DNA of 64,000 bases, taken from positions 2,170,001 to 2,234,000 of the forward strand of contig CATNEN010000039.1 in the NCBI GenBank assembly GCA_950097015.1. Direction: 5' to 3'. Made by a program: the position numbers and the translations under genes. This document shows, piece by piece, positions 59,601 to 64,000 of this stretch (its first letter is position 1; every line of letters starts with the position of its first letter). A model generated the notes under the pieces. It saw only the letters and a program-made list of their open reading frames with translations, was not told the origin of the DNA and did no database searches. The stretch comes from Macrostomum hystrix (Eukaryota > Animalia > Platyhelminthes).

Positions 59601-61706
59601 CTGGGAGGGCTTCTGCAAACTACGGGGCGCATCGCCGTCAAACGCGCCTGGTCGCCGCCTTCGTGGAATTCCTGCACCACGACGGGCAGGTCGGTGACTC
59701 GGCCATCCAGCACGCGCTGGCCGCCATCAGCTGGGCTCATCGATTGGCTGACCGACCGGACCCCACCGCCAGCGCAATCGTACAACTGGCTGTGCGTGGA
59801 GCCAGACGACAACGAGCGTAGCTCAAACACCACTGCCGAGCAGCAGAGTCGCTCTCAATGGAGGTCCTGCTCCGAATGTACAACGCCTGCCGACCACGCA
59901 GCCCATTGCAACGCTGCTTCTGGGCTGCCCTTCTATGCGGCTTCTTCGGCCTGCTTAGGTGCGCTAATCTGTTCTCATCGCGCTCCCTGGCCCGCGCCAG
60001 CGACCTGCGATGGCACGGAGACGGAGTCCAGCTCCGCATCCGGACGTCCAAGACCAACCAACTGGGGCGGCGGGACCAGTTCGTCCGTCTGCCGCGACTG
60101 GCTAGAGGTCACCCGCTCTGCCCGACGGAGGCTCTTGCGCAGAATCTCTGCACCAAAAGCATCTGCCCGACCAAGACACCCGACTGGCAACTGTTCAGCT
60201 TCCGCTCCGGCCAGGGCCGGCGCACAATGTCAGCTGCAGGTTTCAACCGGCTCCTCCGCCGCTCCCTCGACGATGGGGGAGTGCCTTCCAGCCAGTTCTC
60301 CGGCCACTCAATGCGACGGAGTGGCGCCTGACACGCTTTCGAAGCGGGGCTCACCGTTGAGGACGTGAAGCAGCTGGGTGGCTGGCGCAGCAATGCCGTT
60401 CTGCGCTACCTCCGCTCTCGGCGTGTTTTGAAGGCCTTTGCGGATGCCGCCCAAGCCAAACCTTCTAACTGCTTACTCCTCCTTTTTGGTGTTCTGGGCT
60501 TTGTTCCCCCCCCTTTGTTCACTTTGCTCGCCACTGCCTCGCCTTCGCCTTACTTCCTCGGCGCTGTTCACTAATTATAAATTGGAGTGAGGTGGGTGTC
60601 TGCGCGAATATCGATCAATAAAAAGGAGTGAGGTGGTTGTCTGCGCGAATATCGATCAGTAAAAAGGAGTGAGGTGGGTGTCTGCGCGAATATCGATCAG
60701 TAAAAAGGAGTGAGGTGGGTGTCTGCACGAATATCGATCAATAAAATGTATTGTGGTTGGTGTCTGCACGAATAGCGATCAATAAAATGGAGAGAGGTGG
60801 GTGCCTGGCACATAGAAATTAAGAAAGGTAGTGTGAGATATACCCACAGAGGCCTGAGGTTAATGTAGCGTAAATTTATAAAGGAACTTAATGACAGGTA
60901 AGGTTGTCAACAACCAAAACAGGGCTAACTTACTGCTCCAGACGTTCTTGCTCTAATGAGTTTCTTCCGTGCAGTTTCTTGAGTGCCTTTTTTATATTGA
61001 ACAGGTTTGTCCGCTCGTCCAGCTGCTGCCTGGAGATCCGTTCGCGCAGTCTGACCAGGGCCTCCTTGCCGCCGTGCTTCTCAAAGGCCAGCGCCTCAAT
61101 ATCGGCCCGATTGTACAGCTCTATGCGGACATTGTGCGAGTAGGGACTGCGGCTAGAGTATTTAGTCAGCTTGTCTAGGTCGGAGAACTCCAACACGTAC
61201 TCGCGCATCGCTCGGAGAGGAGTGATAAAGTGCATCGACTTCACAGAGCCATCGTATCTGGGGGTGAGGAGGTTGCGGAAAAAGTCGCTGCTTCAAAGCC
61301 TTGCAAACTGTGATAAAAATTTACGAATTAAATTAGCAGGTAATAAGGCTCACTTAACGTCAGTCTTTATTCGGGGCACCACTTTGATGCTTGGCTTTGC
61401 AGCAGCAGCAGCAGCAACTGCAGCTGTTGCAGGACTTGCTGCAAAACCACCAGCGGAAGCAACAGCAGCAGAAGCTGTGGGAGGACTTGCTGCAGAATCA
61501 GCAGCCAACGCTTCAGCTGCAGGTTTGCCAACGCGGCCAGAGCTGTCCGGCGAAGATGACGACGAGGCTGAAGACGACAGCAACAGACGGCAGGGTTTCA
61601 GAGGCGCAGCTGTGACGGATGACAGCAGCAGGCTACGGAGTGGCGCCAAGTGCTGCATTTTAGTGGGCTGCAGAAGCAGCCACAAGCGGTGGCAGTTGGC
61701 GGGCAT
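56657..61706 (-). CDS. SLC30A9: Mitochondrial zinc transporter ZnT9 (cation diffusion facilitator), ~575 aa
   Basis: Exons 61706-61354, 61257-60934, 58563-57876, 57410-57207, 56815-56657 in phase. Basic N-terminal targeting-like segment; FITPLRAMREYVL..RSPY; TGSHSMLGETVHSLADTLNQ; HPYGY; DPSTNVVLMEDLAAV; C-terminus FPEVKHIDLEI. Confidence 0.93.
56857..57085. repeat. 41-bp intronic minisatellite
   Basis: Unit CCTCACTCCATCGCCTCGTCTTTTATTGTACATCACCACCA. Confidence 0.93.
57690..57866. repeat. 20-bp intronic minisatellite
   Basis: Unit GTTGCTATCAACAAGGGGAA. Confidence 0.93.
59550..60415 (+). pseudogene. Tyrosine recombinase pseudogene
   Basis: AWAPRTRDAY..RWEGFC N-terminus, frameshift near 59645, TAG at 59819, TGA at 60329; R-K-HxxR-W-Y catalytic residues recognisable. 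Confidence 0.85.
60584..60805. repeat. 41-bp tandem repeat at the 3' end of the YR element
   Basis: Unit GGAGTGAGGTGGGTGTCTGCGCGAATATCGATCAATAAAAA, about 5 copies. Confidence 0.9.
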
Positions 61707-61920
61707 AGCTCACAAATCAGTCAGTTTTGTCAAATTGTTAGAATCGGTGCACGAGTGCTCATGTTGCCACTTTGCCAAAACCTGCCGCTAACAGCTGAAA
61801 GCTAATGAGAGAAGCTCGCGTTAGAAACAAGAATAGGAATATAAACTTAATGTTATGGCCTCTTAAAATTTATGCTGGTTGAGTACCAATATCTGTGGAA
61901 TGAGTACGAAGAGATAGTAC

Positions 61921-62290
61921 TGGGATGGAGAAGGTTGGGGAGAAAGGAATGCGGATGGAGAAGGTTGAGAATATGGGAATGCGCATGGAGAAGGTTGGGG
62001 AGATGGGAATGCGAATGGAGAAGGTTGGGGAGATGGGAATAAGGATGGAGAAGGTTGGGGAGATGGGAATGCGGATGGAGAAGGTTGGGGAGATGGGAAT
62101 GCGGATGGAGAAGGTTGAGAATATGGGAATGCGCATGGAGAAGGTTGGGGAGATGGGAATGCGAATGGAGAAGGTTGGGGAGATGGGAATGCGGATGGAG
62201 AAGGTTGGGGAGATGGGAATGCGGATGGAGAAGGTTGGGAAGGTGGGAATGGGGATGGAGTATGTTGAGGAGATGGGAATAAGGATAGTA
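61921..62290. repeat. 30-bp minisatellite
   Basis: Unit GCGGATGGAGAAGGTTGGGGAGATGGGAAT. Confidence 0.95.
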
Positions 62291-62548
62291 AACTTGAAAA
62301 CAAAGAAGAAAGTGTAGAGAAAGTTAGAAATTAAAAAAAATTAAGGAAGACGAAATCTAACCGACACAGAATAAATTAAATTAAATCTTAAATACTTTTC
62401 ACCTTTTGTAATGCACAGCAAAATGATTATCTAATAAATTTCGCATATATTTCATCACCAATTTAAGCAAGACAATCCATTACTGAAACAAACACATAAT
62501 TACAAACTCCTACAGACACATAAGTTACATGCCGACTAAGATTCCAGA

Positions 62549-62900
62549 CTGTCCGGAATCATACTGCGCATAGTCTAGCAATCCAGTCCTCAGGCTGTCC
62601 GCAATCATACTGAGCATAGTCTAGCAATCCAGTCCTCAGGCTGTCCGCAATCATACTGAGCATAGTCTAGCAATCCAGTCCTCAGGCTGTCCGCAATCAT
62701 ACTGAGCATAGTCTAGCAATCCAGTCCTCAGGCTGTCCACAATCATACTGAGCATAGTCTAGCAATCCAGTCCTCAGGCTGTCCGCAATCATACTGAGCA
62801 TAGTCTAGCAATCCAGTCCTCAGGCTGTCCACAATCATACTGAGCATAGTCTAGCTATCCAGTCCTCAGGCTGTCCGCAATCATACTGAGCATAGTCTCA
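62549..62900. repeat. 46-bp minisatellite
   Basis: Unit CTGTCCGCAATCATACTGAGCATAGTCTAGCAATCCAGTCCTCAGG. Confidence 0.95.
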
Positions 62901-62915
62901 CTGAGCATAGTTACA

Positions 62916-64000
62916 TCACTCCGCATCAATGCAATAGTCATCCTGATGATACTGCTCAGCCAGGCAGCGGTGAAGGTGGGAAGGCGCCAATCCACCTAGG
63001 TTGGTGACGAACAGAGTAACAAGGCCTGGGGGCACCAGGTCGTATTTGGGACAGTGCACCTCGGCAAACGACAGGCTCTCCTCTAGCAGGCAAGCCGGAT
63101 TCAGGTAGACATTAGCCCGCTCAACACTGTGATAGGCCGGGGCGAGCTTGTGCGCCGGGGCGCAGACCAGCACGGGCACGGAGTGACGCTTGGCGGCCAG
63201 CAGCAGGCCGTGGGTGCCGCACTCGGCCCGCAGGCCGCCGTCGGCGAATACAGTCTGAGCGGACAGCAGACAGCGGTGGACACGCGACATTGCGGCAAAG
63301 GCGTGCGCATCGGCAATTAGGGTGGCTTCGATCTGAAGGTTTCATAAGTCGAGTTGAGCGTAAGTGGGGTTGGTGTCTTCGTGCCGAAATGTGAAAAAGC
63401 GGAGTGAAGAGGGTGTCAAAGTGCAAAGAGAGACGAAAAGACGGAATGGGGAGGGTGTCAAAGCGCAAAGAGAGACGAAAAGACGGAGTGGGGAGGGTGT
63501 CAAAGCGCGGAGAGAGACGAAAAGACGGAGTGGGGAGGGTGTCAAAGCGCGGAGAGAGACGAAAAGACGGAGTGTGAGGGTGTCAAAGCGCGGAGAGAGA
63601 CGAAAAGACGGAGTGGGGAGGGTTTCAAAGCGCGGACAGAGACGAAAAGGCGGAGTGGGGAGTCTGTGCGCACAGAAGAGAAGAATAAGGCGTGATCAGG
63701 AGAGATTTATTTGCACTGAAAGTACCGTTAAAAATTTCCATGGAGAGGGTGTTATTGAATTATGAAGGCAGATCTCTTTCCTTAACAAATTTACTAAGCA
63801 AAATACCTCTCATAAGTTTCGTGTACTTTAGCGTCCTAACTAGAGGCATAATGAGCCCGAATACCTAAGACAATGAACGCACCTGTGGCACAGATTTTAG
63901 CAGCTGCAGCATCCGAGTCCCAGTGAAATTTGGTCCCGAGTCGCAAACAATGACTTGAAATTTTCGATTAGCCGCAGCCGTTCTCAGCACCTGGGCCACA
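62916..64000 (-). CDS. EIF2B2: Translation initiation factor eIF2B subunit beta, last two exons (5' part outside the window)
   Basis: Exons 64000-63883 (RKFQVIVCDSGP) and 63332-62916 (DAHAFAAMSRV..GTHGLLLAAKRHSVPVLVCAP.HKL..CPKYDLVPPGLVTLFVTNLGG.APS...YHQDD). Confidence 0.92.
63400..63662. repeat. ~39-bp intronic minisatellite
   Basis: GAGACGAAAAGACGGAGTGGGGAGGGTGTCAAAGCGCG-like units. Confidence 0.9.

Larger units (their letters stand above)
58682..60872 (+). mobile_element. Defective DIRS/Ngaro-type tyrosine-recombinase retroelement in SLC30A9 intron 2
   Basis: Gag-like region followed by a YR with GFFGLLR, TSKT, HSMRRSGA, LGGWRS..RYL; in-frame stops and a frameshift; no RT/RNase H; GTAGCGTA direct repeat at the putative ends. 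Confidence 0.75.

Noticed and set aside
60584-60805. CRISPR-like regularly spaced repeats
   Set aside because: Contiguous units without unique spacers, no cas genes, eukaryotic context

Overview
Eukaryotic (metazoan) genomic DNA with short GT-AG introns, GC-rich exons and a different minisatellite in most larger introns. The style suggests a free-living flatworm such as Macrostomum (inference only). In order: the 5' part of an apparently intact BEL/Pao LTR retrotransposon (-); a 13-exon IR25a/IR8a-type ionotropic receptor gene (-) with an ankyrin/12-aa-repeat gene nested antisense in intron 9; a SAXO/FAM154-like axonemal microtubule protein (+); an unknown MGNC-initiated acidic protein (-); a 2OG-Fe(II) dioxygenase with a TPR-like tail (+); a ~2190-aa ZNFX1-like SF1 RNA helicase with NF-X1 zinc fingers fused to TWO tandem PARP-type ADP-ribosyltransferase domains (+), the standout; two uncharacterised genes; SLC30A9/ZnT9 (-) with a deleted DIRS/Ngaro tyrosine-recombinase retroelement in intron 2; and the 3' end of EIF2B2 (-). 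Also present: a tRNA-derived SINE family, a MITE family, palindromic foldback elements and several RFX X-boxes. Exon structures were assembled by hand from splice consensus and reading-frame phase, without transcript evidence.
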